Source of the DNA: an uncultured delta proteobacterium
Lineage (GTDB): Bacteria; Desulfobacterota; Syntrophia; Syntrophales; UBA2185
Assembly: GCA_963695875.1 (NCBI GenBank)
Contig: CAVOID010000007.1
Span: forward strand, 98,918 to 162,917
Direction: 5' to 3'
DNA length: 64,000 nucleotides
Shown here one piece after another: positions 10,312 to 22,040 of the stretch. Numbering within the stretch: position 1 is the stretch's first letter; every line of letters starts with the position of its first letter. The notes under the pieces were generated by a model. It saw nothing but the letters and a program-made list of their open reading frames with translations, was not told where the DNA came from and did no database searches. Position numbers and translations under genes: made by a program.

Positions 10312-10969
10312 TTATTTTTGTGAAAAGACGACATCCTCCGTCAATTGGTTCCCGGAATACAAACCCATCCTGTAAATATAATCCATGACAACTTTTGGGA
10401 CCATATTGTCTATTGATTGATCTGTTTTTATCCTATGCCGTATGTCCGTGGAAGAGATAGATAGCGCCGGTTCTTCAATGATGGTTACATATGGCCGGAA
10501 ATCATCGGGAATTCTTTCTTCTATCTCCTTTCTCTGATAGCCCGGTCTAGTGGCAGCAATAAAATTACAGAGGCCGGGATATGTTTTCGATTTATCCCAG
10601 TTAATGATTGTCAATACGGCATCTAACCCGGTTATGAAATAAATTTCACTGTCTTTGCCATACATTTCTTTAAATGCGCTGATAGTGTCACCGGCATAAG
10701 TCGGGCAGTTACATCCCATCTCGATTTTCGACGCTTCAAAGTAAGAATTTCCCGCAATCGCTGCACTGACCATAGCAAAACGATGCTCTGCTGCTGTTAT
10801 GTCATTCATTGATTTATGGGGAGGACAGTAGGCAGGGACAAAGACAACCTTCTCCAGGTCAAATTTCGATCTGACAAATTCGGCTACTGCAAGATGACCG
10901 AAATGAATGGGATCAAAGGTGCCTCCCATGATGCCGAGCTTGCGATATATTTTTTTTCTCCAGTTCCAT
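10312..10969 (-). CDS. nadD: Nicotinate-nucleotide adenylyltransferase
   Basis: GGTFDPIHFGH, PPHK, GLDA and ISSTDIR motifs; likely start MELEKKIYRKLGIMGG at 10969 with one extra A in an A8 run. Confidence 0.92.
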
Positions 10970-12032
10970 CACAGCCTCAGATCAGACAGATCCACCTTGT
11001 CAATACTATCCGGCTGCCATCTTGGTTGATTGTCCTTGTCGATAAGGCGGGCCCGAATGCCCTCACGAAAGTCCGGATGCCTGATGATAAACTGCATGGC
11101 CATGAAGTCTGCCTCATAAACCTTATTCATGGGAAGATGTTCATTATGACGCAACAGCTTCAAGGTTAAGGCCAACGCTGTCGGAGACCTTTCTGAAAGT
11201 CCCGATGTGATGCCATCACAGGGTGAAAGCAGGATAGGCACACATGAAGAGAATCGATGATCTCCTGCAAGGATGTTTGTCCCGCAAAATATTTCTTCAC
11301 CCATATATCTATATCCGGTTTTGGTACGATATTTCTATCAAAATAGAATTTGATTCTCCTCATCAGCCGGGGCAATATCTCTTTGGAGCTTGAAATTTCC
11401 TTTGTCTTGAATGTCTCGATAGCTTGTATCAGGTCATTAACCTTTTTCGAATGTGTCAAATGCGTAGCGAAACCCACACGGACACACTCGCTTCCCTTCA
11501 TCTCAAAACTTGTGAGTCCCAGATATTCCGGATAGCCCGGCGGACATTTGCTGTACATCCATCCCGTTGCACCCACATCGGGAAAGAATCCTATCCTCGT
11601 TTCCGGCATGGCCATGCGGGTTCTTTCTGTTGCAACCACCCAGTCGGCGCCTGATGCAATGCCAAGCCCGCCGCCCATTGTAATGCCGTCGGCGATTACA
11701 ATCACCGGTTTGGGGAATTGATGAATCACCAGATCAAGGGTGTATTCCTCCAGAAAAAACTGATTTATCTCCTCCATGTTGTCGTTCTGAATACACCAGG
11801 CTACACGCTTTATATCACCGCCGGCGCAGAATGCCATCTCACCCAGACCGTAAAAAAGAATCAACTTGCATTCATCATCCGTGAGTGCCTCATTCAAATA
11901 CCTGGTAATAAGGCGGATCATTTCAAGGTTGAGACTGTTCAATGCCTCTTTTCGATTTAGAATAATCGACATACCTGCGCTTGTACGACGCATTATTACA
12001 GAGGACTTTTCTGAGTCATGGTTATTCGTCAT
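10969..12032 (-). CDS. Enoyl-CoA hydratase/isomerase family, 3-hydroxyisobutyryl-CoA hydrolase-like; frameshifted
   Basis: LNRKEALNSL, AFCAGGDIK, GITMGGGLG, MPETRIGFFPDVG; C-terminal DFREGIRARLIDKDNQPRW lies in another frame. Confidence 0.88.
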
Positions 12033-12213
12033 TATGATCCGGATTTTTAAATTAAAAAATTTATTCCAATGTATATACTCTAAATTTCATTCTGATCGCA
12101 AACTTTTCTTTAATAATAAGTTTAAAAATCTATCTCTTGCTTTGCAAAAAAGTCTTGTAATTCCATGAAAAAATCCTTACTCTAATAGAAAAGAACGGGA
12201 AAGGGGAATTGCC

Positions 12214-13520
12214 ATGGAAACACAACTTGATCCCAAACTTCCGCTTTTGCAGAATGCCGACGTGGAGAATAAAATAGTCCTTTTGCGCGTTGACCATAAT
12301 GTGGTCAAGAAAGGAGCCATCGAAGACCCGTTCAGAATAGATCAAACCATTGGAACTATCTTCAATATCGTTGAAAGGGGCGGCAGACCGATCATTATGA
12401 CGCATATCGGAAGGCCGCGAGACAAGACAGGCAAAATTAAAGTAGACAAATCGACCTCGGTTGAACCCATTGCGGAATATCTGGAGCGTAAGCTTCATAC
12501 AAAGATCTACTGTCCCACATTCAGGCCGGAAGGTGATGAAGGAATAAAAAGCGTCGACACCTCGATAAATCTTGCCGTAAAGAATCTGAAAGAAAAAAGG
12601 ATCGGCGCCATATACCTCCCGAATACGAGATGGTTCACGGGAGAAGAATCGAAAACGGAGTACAGCGACTGACTTTGGCACGCCAATTGGCAGGCCTGGC
12701 CGATGTCTTCGTTAACGATGCGTTCGGCTCCTGGCAGCCGCATGTCTCCACCTATCACATCACGAAGTATCTCCCGTCGTTTGCGGGATATCTCATGCAA
12801 AAGGAAATACAGAATCTTTCGCAGGTTCTGCAACCCGAAAGGCCGTTCATCTCTGTCGTGGCAGGCGCAAAGTACAATACGAAGATCGGACCTCTCAATG
12901 AAATCTATAAGAAAGTGGATAAATTGATCCTCGGCGGGATCATTTACAATACCTACCTGTGTGCAAAATATGATGTCTCAATCAGCGGTATCGAACAGGA
13001 AGATATCGAAGCCGCCGGTAATCTTGTCGAGATGGACAAGGAACAGCACAAGATACTGGAACTTCCATATGTGTATGAATCGGATACCATGGAAGGGAAG
13101 ATTGAGGGAAAATACAGGATCAGGTCGATAAAGGAATTCAAAAAAGGCGCGAAACTTCCTTATATTCTGGATATTGCAAAAGAATCGTTCGAAGATCCGG
13201 AGATATCGGAAGCTCTGAACTCGGCAAGAACCATTTTTGTTAATGCCGTCATGGGATATACGCCGTATTTTACCGAAGGCTCTGCGGCCCTGGACAGCAA
13301 AATCGATCAGAATGCAGCGGCAAATAAGCTCTATGGAGGCGGGGATACGCTTCAGGAATTTAAAAATCTGTGCCCCGGTCTTTATCTATCGACACTTGAT
13401 AATTCGAAATACTATTTCTTCACGGGCGGCGGTACGGTGTTAAAGGCCATTGAGGAAGGTACACCATACGGTCTTGAGGCGGTGAAAGCGCTCATCGATA
13501 ACGGCGGAAAATCTCCGTAA
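12214..13520 (+). CDS. pgk: Phosphoglycerate kinase; one apparent frameshift near 12668
   Basis: LRVDHNV, THIGRP, FVNDAFG, GGGDT, FTGGG motifs across two ORFs. Confidence 0.92.
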
Positions 13521-13647
13521 AATTTACAGGACTAATTCCAATCCCCTCTTGCATGTCTGTGGTTGTTTCCAATTTCCCACCGATCAAGGCGGGAGAGGAT
13601 GCGGCGATTCCTGGATAATATTAATTAATGTTAGAAAGGGCCATAAA

Positions 13648-14839
13648 ATGAAATTACAGATTAAAAGTAACGTATCGTGGGTCGGCAAGGTTGATTGGGA
13701 ACTCAGGAAATTTCACGGGAATGAATTGTCAACGCACCGGGGATCAACCTATAATTCATACTTGATAGAAGAAGAAAAGATTGCTTTGATTGACACGGCC
13801 TGGGCTCCCTTTGCCAAAGAGTACGTATCAAACCTCGGAAATGTCATAGACTTAAAGAAGATCGACTATATCATTGCCAACCACGCGGAGATTGATCACA
13901 GCGGTGCCCTGCCTGAACTGATGAGCTGCATTCCTGATACAGCCGATATACTGCACGGCAAATGGCATCAAGTCCCTTAAAGGCCACTACCATCAGGATT
14001 GGAATTTCCACGCAATAAGAACAGGGGAGCGTCTGAGCTTGGGGAAAAAGGAATTGATTTTTATAGAAGCGCCGATGCTGCACTGGCCGGACAGCATGTT
14101 CTGTTATTTAACGGGCGATAATATTTTATTCAGCAATGATGCCTTCGGCCAGCATTACGCATCCGAGTTTCGATTCAATGACCTCGTTGACCAGGAGGAA
14201 TTAATGGCGGAAGCCATAAAGTATTATGCCAACATCCTGACGCCTTTCAGCCGATTTGTGGACAAAAAGATCAAGGAGGTTTTATCCTTCAAGCTGCCTG
14301 TTGACATTATTTGCACAAGCCACGGCGTTATCTGGCGGGATAATCCGGTGCAGATTATTGAGCAGTATTTGAAATGGGCAAACAAATACAAGGAAAACCA
14401 GATCACCATCGTTTACGATACCATGTGGAACGGCACCCGTATCATGGCTGAAAATATCGCCTCCGGGATAAAGCAGGCTGATCAGAAGGTAAACGTAAAG
14501 CTGTATAATATTGCCAAATCGGACAAGAATGACGTGATTACGGAGATTTTCAAATCCAAGGCCATCCTTGTCGGCTCGCCGACCATCAACAGGGGCATTC
14601 TGACTGCTGTTGCCGGCCTTCTGGAAGAAATAAAAGGCATGAAATTCCAGGACAAAAAGGCGGCTGCTTTTGGCTGCTACGGCTGGAGCGGCGAGTCCGT
14701 AAAGGTCATTTCACAGAACCTTGAATCTGCAGGCTTCCAAGTGGTTGACGGAGGTGTGATGAGCCTGTGGAATCCGGATGGCAAGAGCATTGAGGCCTGC
14801 ATTGAATATGGTAAGAAGGCGGCCGGACTTTTTATGTAA
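13648..14839 (+). CDS. fprA: Flavodiiron protein (FprA/flavorubredoxin-type NO/O2 reductase); frameshifted near 13945
   Basis: [30 protein letters not shown], flavodoxin YDTMWNGT and FGCYGWSG. Confidence 0.9.
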
Positions 14840-14889
14840 TTGATCTGATGCCGGCGTTTAATTGATTGGTCTTGAGAATGGGAAAGAAG

Positions 14890-14930
14890 TGATCATCCGG
14901 GAGGCGGGAGGTTCAACCTCCCGGTTGATC
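14890..14930. terminator. Hairpin between convergent fprA and zraP-like genes
   Basis: gatcatccgggagg...cctcccggttgatc inverted repeat. Confidence 0.5.
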
Positions 14931-14946
14931 GTTTGAAAGGGATTGT

Positions 14947-15500
14947 TTACTCGTTGCCGCCACCCGGGTTCATTCCTGGGCCAGCACCCGGGCCCATTCC
15001 CGGGCCACCACCATGATGGCCTGGGCCGTCATGCCATCCACGACCACCACCCATGCCAGGACCGAAGCCATGCCTCATTTTTAAAGACTTTAACTTTTCC
15101 CGCTGTTCCGGCGTCAGGACATTGAGGACGTCCAGTCGATAACTGGTCATTTTATCCTGCATCTGATCTCGCAGTGTTCCTGATTTCTTTCTGCGCCGCA
15201 ATGATCTTATCCTTGTCCGGATTCGTCTGTAACCAGAGTAACTTTAAATCGCCCCGTCTTGCTGAACATCTTATCCTGAAGGGGTTTTATGTCTTTCAGA
15301 TGGGCCTCACGAAGGGCATTGATTTTAGCCGTCTGTTCGGCAGTCAGGTTAAGTTCGGACAGGGCTGTTATCTCACCACCGTAACAGGGTCCGCCGCCGT
15401 GCCCTCTTCCCCAACCGGGACCGAAGGCGAATGCGGAAGCCGCAAAAGCTGTCACAGCAATCACTGTGACTAATGTCATAATCAATTTCTTCATTTTCAT
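14947..15500 (-). CDS. zraP: Periplasmic Spy/CpxP/ZraP-family protein; frameshifted
   Basis: Signal peptide ending AFA, Gly-rich GPGWGRGHGGG, LNLTAEQ and VLTPEQREKL (LTxxQ) motifs; divergent from a sensor kinase / sigma54 regulator pair. Confidence 0.75.
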
Positions 15501-15540
15501 ATCCTCCTTTAAATATTATTTGTTTTTGATATCAGTAGAG

Positions 15541-15556
15541 AGCAAGCAATGTGCCA
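15541..15556 (-). promoter_or_regulatory. Sigma54 (-24/-12) promoter of the zraP-like gene
   Basis: Minus strand TGGCAC-ATTGC-TTGCT, an exact match to TGGCAC-N5-TTGCW, about 40 nt upstream of the start. Confidence 0.85.
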
Positions 15557-15611
15557 CATAATCGGTATGTTATGTAACATATTTATATTGCTAGCTTCTT
15601 TGCAAATCATT

Positions 15612-15702
15612 TGCACTTTTTAGTCGCTCTTAAATCTACCACATGAAAAAATATGGATAATAAGTATCCAGTTGTGGTATCCAGTTGACTAAAAAGTATC
15701 CA
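15612..15702. promoter_or_regulatory. Putative enhancer (UAS) sites for the NtrC-family regulator
   Basis: Three related sites: tgcactttttagtcgc (15612-15627), tggataataagtatcca (15654-15670), tgactaaaaagtatcca (15686-15702). Confidence 0.55.
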
Positions 15703-15709
15703 GGTAAGC

Positions 15710-17493
15710 ATGATGAATAACAAGAAATCAGAGGCAGCAGAAAGTTCTGGGCCGGTATCTCTCCATGGGTAATCATCGGGGCAGTGGTAATCATTGTGCC
15801 GATCTTTACTGCGATGACTATCGAAAGTATAAACAAACAGAAGGAATACACCATACAACTTTTGGTTGAGAAAGGGAGCGGCACTGATCAGGTCTTTTGA
15901 AGCAGGCGCCCGAACGGGCATCGGAATGCGATGGAGCAGTTTTCAGCTCCAGAAACTATTGATCGAAACGGCACAACAGCCGGACATCGATCATCTGATT
16001 GTCACCGATATCAATGGTACAATCGTGGCTGATAGTGACCCCTCGCTGATAGGGGAAACATACGGAACGGATCTTGATCTTACACGCATAGCCGCGTCGA
16101 AAAAAGTGGAATGGCGTCAGGTCCCCAATACTGAAGGCGCCGATACATTTGAAGTATATCGCCAGTTTTCCCCTACAGAGAAGCCTTTTCAGGGATTTCG
16201 CGGCGGCTCAAAGTCAGATAACCAGCCATCATCATCGGCTAATGATAAATCCGCCGGAGAATCATCAGGATTTATTATTTTTGTCGGCATGGATATGGGC
16301 CCGATCATGGCGGCAAGAGAACAGGATACAGGGCACACAATCTGGATGTCCGTCATCTTTGTTCTGATCGGCATGCTCAGGTGTCATTTCCCTCTTTCTT
16401 GCCCAGGGTTACCGCTCAGCAAAGATCTCTCTCTCGAGGATTAAGGCCTTCTCGGACAGTTTGGTCGAAAACATGCCCATCGGTCTTGTTGCCATAAATG
16501 ATCGGGGAGAGATCATCTCATTTAACCAGACTGCTGAATCCGTCCTGGGATATGCCTATCAGGATGTTCTCGGGAAAAAGGGCGGATGAGATACTGCCCG
16601 CAGCCGTGCAAGGATGATACTGGGAAGCCTTAAAGACGAAAAAAAAATCATCGAAAAGGAAATAGACTGCCCGGTACACGGCGGCAGAATAGTTCCTCTG
16701 GAGGTAATTGCGGCAGACCTTGGAAGAGGATGATGGTGATTTTCTTGGTTATGTAATCCTTTTCCGGGATATTACTGAGGTTCAACACCTAAAAAAAGAA
16801 ATGGAGAGGAGCCAGCGCCTTGCATCCCTCGGAGGTCTTGCGGCAGGGATTGCCCACGAAATCAGGAATCCTCTTGAGTTCCATCAAGGGCTTCGCCACC
16901 TTTTTCAAGGAACGCTACCGGGATAATCCGGAGGATCGGAAGACTGCTGAAATCATGGTGCAGGAGGTGGAGAGACTCAATCGGGTTATCGGCCAGCTTC
17001 TTGAATTTGCGAGGCCGATGGAGATGAACAGGCAGCGGACTTCCATCAACGAGGTGATACGGCACACCCTGAAGATGATCGAAGGCGAAACGCGGGAGAG
17101 AAAAGATCGACATCCGCACGGATCTCTCCCAAGATATCGGGGATGTCCTGATGGATGCGGATAAGATTAAACAGGTACTCCTGAATCTGTACCTCAATTC
17201 CATCGGAGCCATGGAAAGCGGCGGTACACTTTCAATAGCTCGTCTTTCCGCCAGGGCAACCGCATGATCAGGATTGATGTCTCCGATACGGGAAAGGGAA
17301 TTGAAGAAAGAGATCTGGCCCACATCTTTGATCCGTACTTCACGACCAAACCGTCGGGGACCGGCCTTGGACTGGCCATCGTCTACCGGATCATTGAAGC
17401 CCATGATGGTGAGATCAGGGTAAAGAGTAAGCCTGGAAAGGGACCACAGTATCGGTCTTCCTGCCGGTGGGCCATACATCTTTTACTTCTTGA
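15710..17493 (+). CDS. zraS: ZraS/HydH-like PAS sensor histidine kinase; multiple frameshifts
   Basis: TM plus periplasmic domain ([16 protein letters not shown]), PAS, H-box [35 protein letters not shown]. Confidence 0.8.
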
Positions 17494-17509
17494 ACACCTG
17501 TCCATTAAG

Positions 17510-17615
17510 TCTCCCTTTTACAAAGGGAGATTCAGAGGGATTTTTGATGATATAAAACCACCCCCTAACCCCCGCCAGCGGGGGACAGCCTCCTTGCCCC
17601 CTTTAGAAAAGAGGG
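17510..17615. repeat. Cluster of three palindromic REP-like hairpins between kinase and regulator
   Basis: tctccctttt-ac-aaagggaga; cccccgc-ca-gcggggg; cccctttagaaaagaggg. Confidence 0.55.
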
Positions 17616-17644
17616 TGAGTAAATCTCATGGAAGGTTACAAAGT

Positions 17645-19014
17645 ATGAAGGCAAAAAGTACTATTTTAGTTGTGGATGACGATCTTGCGCATAGGACAAT
17701 GCTGCGGACGCTGCTCGGCGGATGGGGCTATGATGTTGCTGAGGCCGATGACGGGGAGAAAGCTATCGAAGCTGTTCATCAGAAGCCTTTTGATCTGATA
17801 CTGATGGATATCCGCATGGTCAGGGTCTCCGGATTGGAAGCCCTCGCAGAGATAAAGAAATTAAATCCCGCCATTCCCGTAGTAATCATGACTGCCTATG
17901 CCTCGGTAGAAACGGCTGTAAAGGCCCTGAAAGAAGGGGCCTACGATTACCTTACCAAGCCACTCGATTTCGACGAACTGAAGTTTACCATCGAGCGGGC
18001 CATGGAACACACCCGCTTGAAGGAGGAAAACCGCCACCTCCGGGAGAGTCTTGCTTCCCAATTTAACAGGCAAAACCTGATCGGGCGCAGTCCCGCTATG
18101 GCAAGACTTATGGACACTATCGCCCAGGTTGCGCCTTCCGAGGCAACGGTTCTGATTACCGGCGAATCCGGTACCGGAAAAGAAATGATCGCGGGAGCCA
18201 TCCATTTTAACAGCCTGCGGAAAGACGGACCTTTTGTGAAAATCAACTGCGCAGCGATTACCGAAACCCTTCTCGAATCCGAGCTCTTCGGCCATGAGAA
18301 AGGCGCCTTTACCGGCGCCGACAGAAGGAAGGAAGGAAAATTCCGGCAGGCCGAAGGCGGCACCATATTCCTGGATGAGGTCAGCGAAATGTCCCCGGCC
18401 ATGCAGGTCAAGTTGTTACGCGTTTTACAGGAAAGAGAAATCACCCGTGTCGGAGGTGATGAAGTTATCAAGGTCGATGTACGGGTTATCGCGGCCACCA
18501 ATAAAGACCTGATACGTGAGATGGAAGCCGGTCGTTTCCGCGATGATCTCTATTACCGTCTGAATGTGGTAACGATTAATGTACCTCCCTTGAGGGAGCG
18601 GAGGGAAGACATACCCCTCATTGCACAGCACTTTCTCAATATGTTTGCTGAAGAAAAATCATAAAAACATCAAGGGATTCACCCCTCAGGTCATGGATCG
18701 GCTTCTGAAATACAACTGGCCGGGCAATGTCCGGGAACTTATGAATGCCGTGGAACGGGGGGTTGTGCTTTCACGCTCGGATTATTTGGATGAAGGAGAG
18801 TTAGTTCTCGCCCTCCGGGACCATATACTGCCGGAAGACAGCCTCTTTACTGAAAATATCAACGGAGGAGATGCCCCTGGAAGCGGTTGAGAAGGAGGCG
18901 ATAATGAAAACACTGGAAATGGCCGGTGGAAACAAAAGCGAAGCAGCCAGGCGGCTCGGCATCACCAGGCGTACCCTGCATATGAAACTAAAAAAATATG
19001 GAATGATGATGTAA
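17645..19014 (+). CDS. zraR: Sigma54-dependent response regulator (ZraR/NtrC family); frameshifted
   Basis: Receiver (VVDDD, DIRM), [23 protein letters not shown]-terminal Fis [20 protein letters not shown]. Confidence 0.88.
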
Positions 19015-19031
19015 AAGTTAATGGAGTTAAA

Positions 19032-19150
19032 TGTCATTCCGGTGAACCGAAGCCCTGAACGTAGTGAAGGGGAATGTGAGGAATCTTTTAATATACCTTC
19101 TTTTGGTCGGGACAAAGATTTCTCAGTCACTCTGTTCCTTCGAAATGACA
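19032..19150. repeat. MITE/REP-like element with terminal inverted repeats
   Basis: TGTCATTCCG...CGAAATGACA ends, inner gaggaatct/agatttctc inverted repeat; related copy near 34103-34192. Confidence 0.6.
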
Positions 19151-19169
19151 CCCTTTTTGCAGTTTGGTA

Positions 19170-20228
19170 CTAAATCAAACCGGCAACAAGGTCGCCTACA
19201 TCGCTTGTTGAATAACCCATCTGGCCGGCACTGAGGCTTTTAATTTTTCCCCCTACAACTATTTTTACAGATTTTTCTACAGCCATTGCAGCCGTTTCTT
19301 CTCCCAATGTCTCCAGCATCATCTGACCGGCCATGATCGCGGCCAGCGGATTGACTACATTCAAGCCTGTATATTTAGGCGCCGAACCGCCAATGGGCTC
19401 GAACATGGAAACACCCTGGGGATTTATATTGCCGCCTGCGGCTATGCCCATACCTCCCTGGATCATCGCCCCAAGGTCTGTTATGATGTCACCGAACATA
19501 TTATCCGTCACGATAACGTCGAACCATTCGGGGTTTTTTACCATCCACATGCAGACCGCATCCACATGGGCGTAATCGGTCTTGATATCGGGATATTCCT
19601 TAGCCACTTCGTAGAATGTCCTTTCCCATAGGTCGAATGCATACGTCAGCACATTCGTCTTACCGCAAAGCGTCAGCTTCTTAGCCTTGTTGCGCTTGCG
19701 GCAGTATTCGAAGGCAAATCTTACACATCGCTCCACTCCCTTGCGCGTGTTTACGGATTCCTGTATGGCGATCTCATCCGGCGTGCCTTTCTTTAAAAAC
19801 CCGCCCGCACCCGCGTAGAGGCCTTCGCTGTTTTCCCGGACAACAACAAAATCTATATCTTCCGGTTTCTTGTCTTTCAAAGGCGTATCCACTCCGGGAT
19901 ACAGTATGACCGGCCTCAGATTTATATACTGGTCCAGGCTGAAACGAAGCTTAAGCAGTATGCCTTTTTCCAGGATGCCCGGGTTGACATCGGGGTGGCC
20001 GATGGCGCCCAGGTAGATTGCGTCATACTTCCTCAGTTCTTCAAGCGTTTCATCGCTCAACACTTCGCCGGTACGCTTATATCGCTCACCACCCAGATCG
20101 TAATGGGAGAGATCCAGTTTGAAGCCGAACCTTGCCGATGCAGCCTTCAGGACTTTCAGTCCTTCTGCAATAACCTCGGGCCCTGTTCCGTCTCCGGGAA
20201 TAACAGCGATTCTGTATGACTTTCCCAT
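19170..20228 (-). CDS. leuB: 3-isopropylmalate dehydrogenase
   Basis: [41 protein letters not shown]. Confidence 0.9.
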   Translation of the reverse strand: MGKSYRIAVIPGDGTGPEVIAEGLKVLKAASARFGFKLDLSHYDLGGERYKRTGEVLSDETLEELRKYDAIYLGAIGHPDVNPGILEKGILLKLRFSLDQYINLRPVILYPGVDTPLKDKKPEDIDFVVVRENSEGLYAGAGGFLKKGTPDEIAIQESVNTRKGVERCVRFAFEYCRKRNKAKKLTLCGKTNVLTYAFDLWERTFYEVAKEYPDIKTDYAHVDAVCMWMVKNPEWFDVIVTDNMFGDIITDLGAMIQGGMGIAAGGNINPQGVSMFEPIGGSAPKYTGLNVVNPLAAIMAGQMMLETLGEETAAMAVEKSVKIVVGGKIKSLSAGQMGYSTSDVGDLVAGLI

Positions 20229-20257
20229 TATTTTATCCTCCTGCGTGAATAGTTTGC

Positions 20258-20818
20258 TTATAATCCCAGCCGATCGCTGATTTCTTTCATCGCCTGCAGA
20301 CATATCTCTGCAAATTCGTCTAGTGAAAGACCTAGTTTTTCACATTCCATAATCGTATCCCGATTGACGGATGCCGCAAAGGCCTTTTCCTTCATTCTTT
20401 TAGTTACTGACTTTGTCTTGACGCTCGCCAGTTTTTTATCAGGATAGACAAGGGCAGTGGCAACGATCAGGCCGGTGATGGTCTCGCCGGCGGCCAGGGC
20501 GTGATGGAATACAGAATTGCGTTTCATTCCCCAGGCCGTTTCATTGTGCATTTTGATCGCATCGATAATCTCCGGATCGATGCCTCTTTCGCTGAGAATC
20601 CTCTCTGTTTCCAGCGTATGGATGGATAGATCATCATTCACAATTTCCAAATCCAGATCATGGAGCAATCCTGCAATACCCCACTTTTCATCATCTTCCC
20701 CCAACCTGCGAGCCAGTGCCTTCATCACCGCTTCGGATGCATAACAATGAGACAACATTCTCTCATTCTTGATGCGCTGGTTCAACAACTCAATCGCTTC
20801 TTCTCTAGTAATAGTCAT
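20258..20818 (-). CDS. HDIG/HD-domain metal-dependent hydrolase
   Basis: H...GLLHDLD...H...AIKMHN; FAASVNRD. Confidence 0.85.
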   Translation of the reverse strand: MTITREEAIELLNQRIKNERMLSHCYASEAVMKALARRLGEDDEKWGIAGLLHDLDLEIVNDDLSIHTLETERILSERGIDPEIIDAIKMHNETAWGMKRNSVFHHALAAGETITGLIVATALVYPDKKLASVKTKSVTKRMKEKAFAASVNRDTIMECEKLGLSLDEFAEICLQAMKEISDRLGL

Positions 20819-21079
20819 GTGTTATCCCCTGCTTTGAGTTTATTATCGGTTCGTTTTAAAAAATAGTGTCACGCGAGACACGAACCTGCAAAACGGTAGG
20901 ATAGGCATCCCGCCCGTTTGTAAAATTGAATAGAATAAAATTGGTGTTAGTTACTAACACATCCCCGCAACAGTTACAATTTGTTTCCTCTCTTATATAA
21001 AGCGAGGGGTAAAAATGTACTTGTCAAGATTATAATTAATTGTTACAAAATAATAAAAAATCTATAAGGATGGACAGCC

Positions 21080-22015
21080 ATGGGAGAAGGCATTTCGGAC
21101 TATACAAAATTTACCGTCGATCTGCGCAGACACATGTGGAAGGCAGGGGTGGAAATTGAACTGCGCCGGCTCATATGGCAGATCGCTGTCATGGGGAAAT
21201 ACATCTCCGCTAAAATTCATGAGTCAAATCGGAAACTGGCGGGCCTCAGGAACATTTACGGTGAAGAGCAGCTGACTCTGGACAGAAGCGCCGACGAAAT
21301 TCTCAAGAACCAGCTCGAGTATTCAGGGTTTGTCCGGGAATACGCATCAGAAGAACAGGATTCAGTGATTCAGATCGGCAAGGGAGAAGAAAAGTACTTC
21401 ATCACTGCAGATCCCCTGGACGGCTCTTCCTTGGTCGATACCAATCTGGCCATAGGAACGATAATCGGCATTCATAAAGAACCGATATTGGCCGAAGGGA
21501 GAAAAACGTTGGCGGCGGCCATGTACATCACATATGGCCCGCTGATTACGATGGTCTATTCCGCGGGAAAGGGAACCCACGAATTTGTGTTGAATAGAGA
21601 AGGGGAATACGTTCTTTCCGAGGAAAGCATCACTTTGAAGGAAAGGGGAGACATATACGGCTTGGGTGGTTTGAGAAAGGACTGGACTCCGGGACACCTC
21701 AAATATATAGAATTCTTGGAAAACGAAGGATACAAGCTCCGTTACAGCGGAGGGTTTGTGCCCGATATCAACCAGGTGCTGATCAAGAGAGGGGGTATCT
21801 TTACATACCCTGCACTCAAGAAGAGCCCCAATGGGAAGTTACGGCTTCTGTTTGAACTTCAACCCATGGCATTCATCATTGAACAGGCCGGAGGTATGGC
21901 CACGGACGGCAAAAGGGATATCCTATCCATCAACGTGGCGGAACTTAATCAACGTTGTCCGATTTACATCGGAAGCCGTTTTGAGGTGGAAAAGGCGAAG
22001 GAATTTCTTGCCTAA
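21080..22015 (+). CDS. fbp: Fructose-1,6-bisphosphatase class 1
   Basis: ASEE, DPLDGSS, RYSGGFVPD, GKLRLLFE. Confidence 0.95.
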   Translation: MGEGISDYTKFTVDLRRHMWKAGVEIELRRLIWQIAVMGKYISAKIHESNRKLAGLRNIYGEEQLTLDRSADEILKNQLEYSGFVREYASEEQDSVIQIGKGEEKYFITADPLDGSSLVDTNLAIGTIIGIHKEPILAEGRKTLAAAMYITYGPLITMVYSAGKGTHEFVLNREGEYVLSEESITLKERGDIYGLGGLRKDWTPGHLKYIEFLENEGYKLRYSGGFVPDINQVLIKRGGIFTYPALKKSPNGKLRLLFELQPMAFIIEQAGGMATDGKRDILSINVAELNQRCPIYIGSRFEVEKAKEFLA

Positions 22016-22040
22016 AAGCTAATGGTGGAGGGCGAATGCT

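Noticed and set aside
12660-12680. TGA in pgk (and in MoxR at 48551) as selenocysteine or programmed recoding
   Set aside because: The protein continues in a different frame, with no slippery site or SECIS; fits indel error.
17264-18664. Apparent HATPase-receiver-AAA hybrid protein in the ORF track
   Set aside because: A frameshift near 17442 lets the kinase read through intergenic repeats into the regulator; the corrected kinase stops at 17493 and the regulator starts at 17645.
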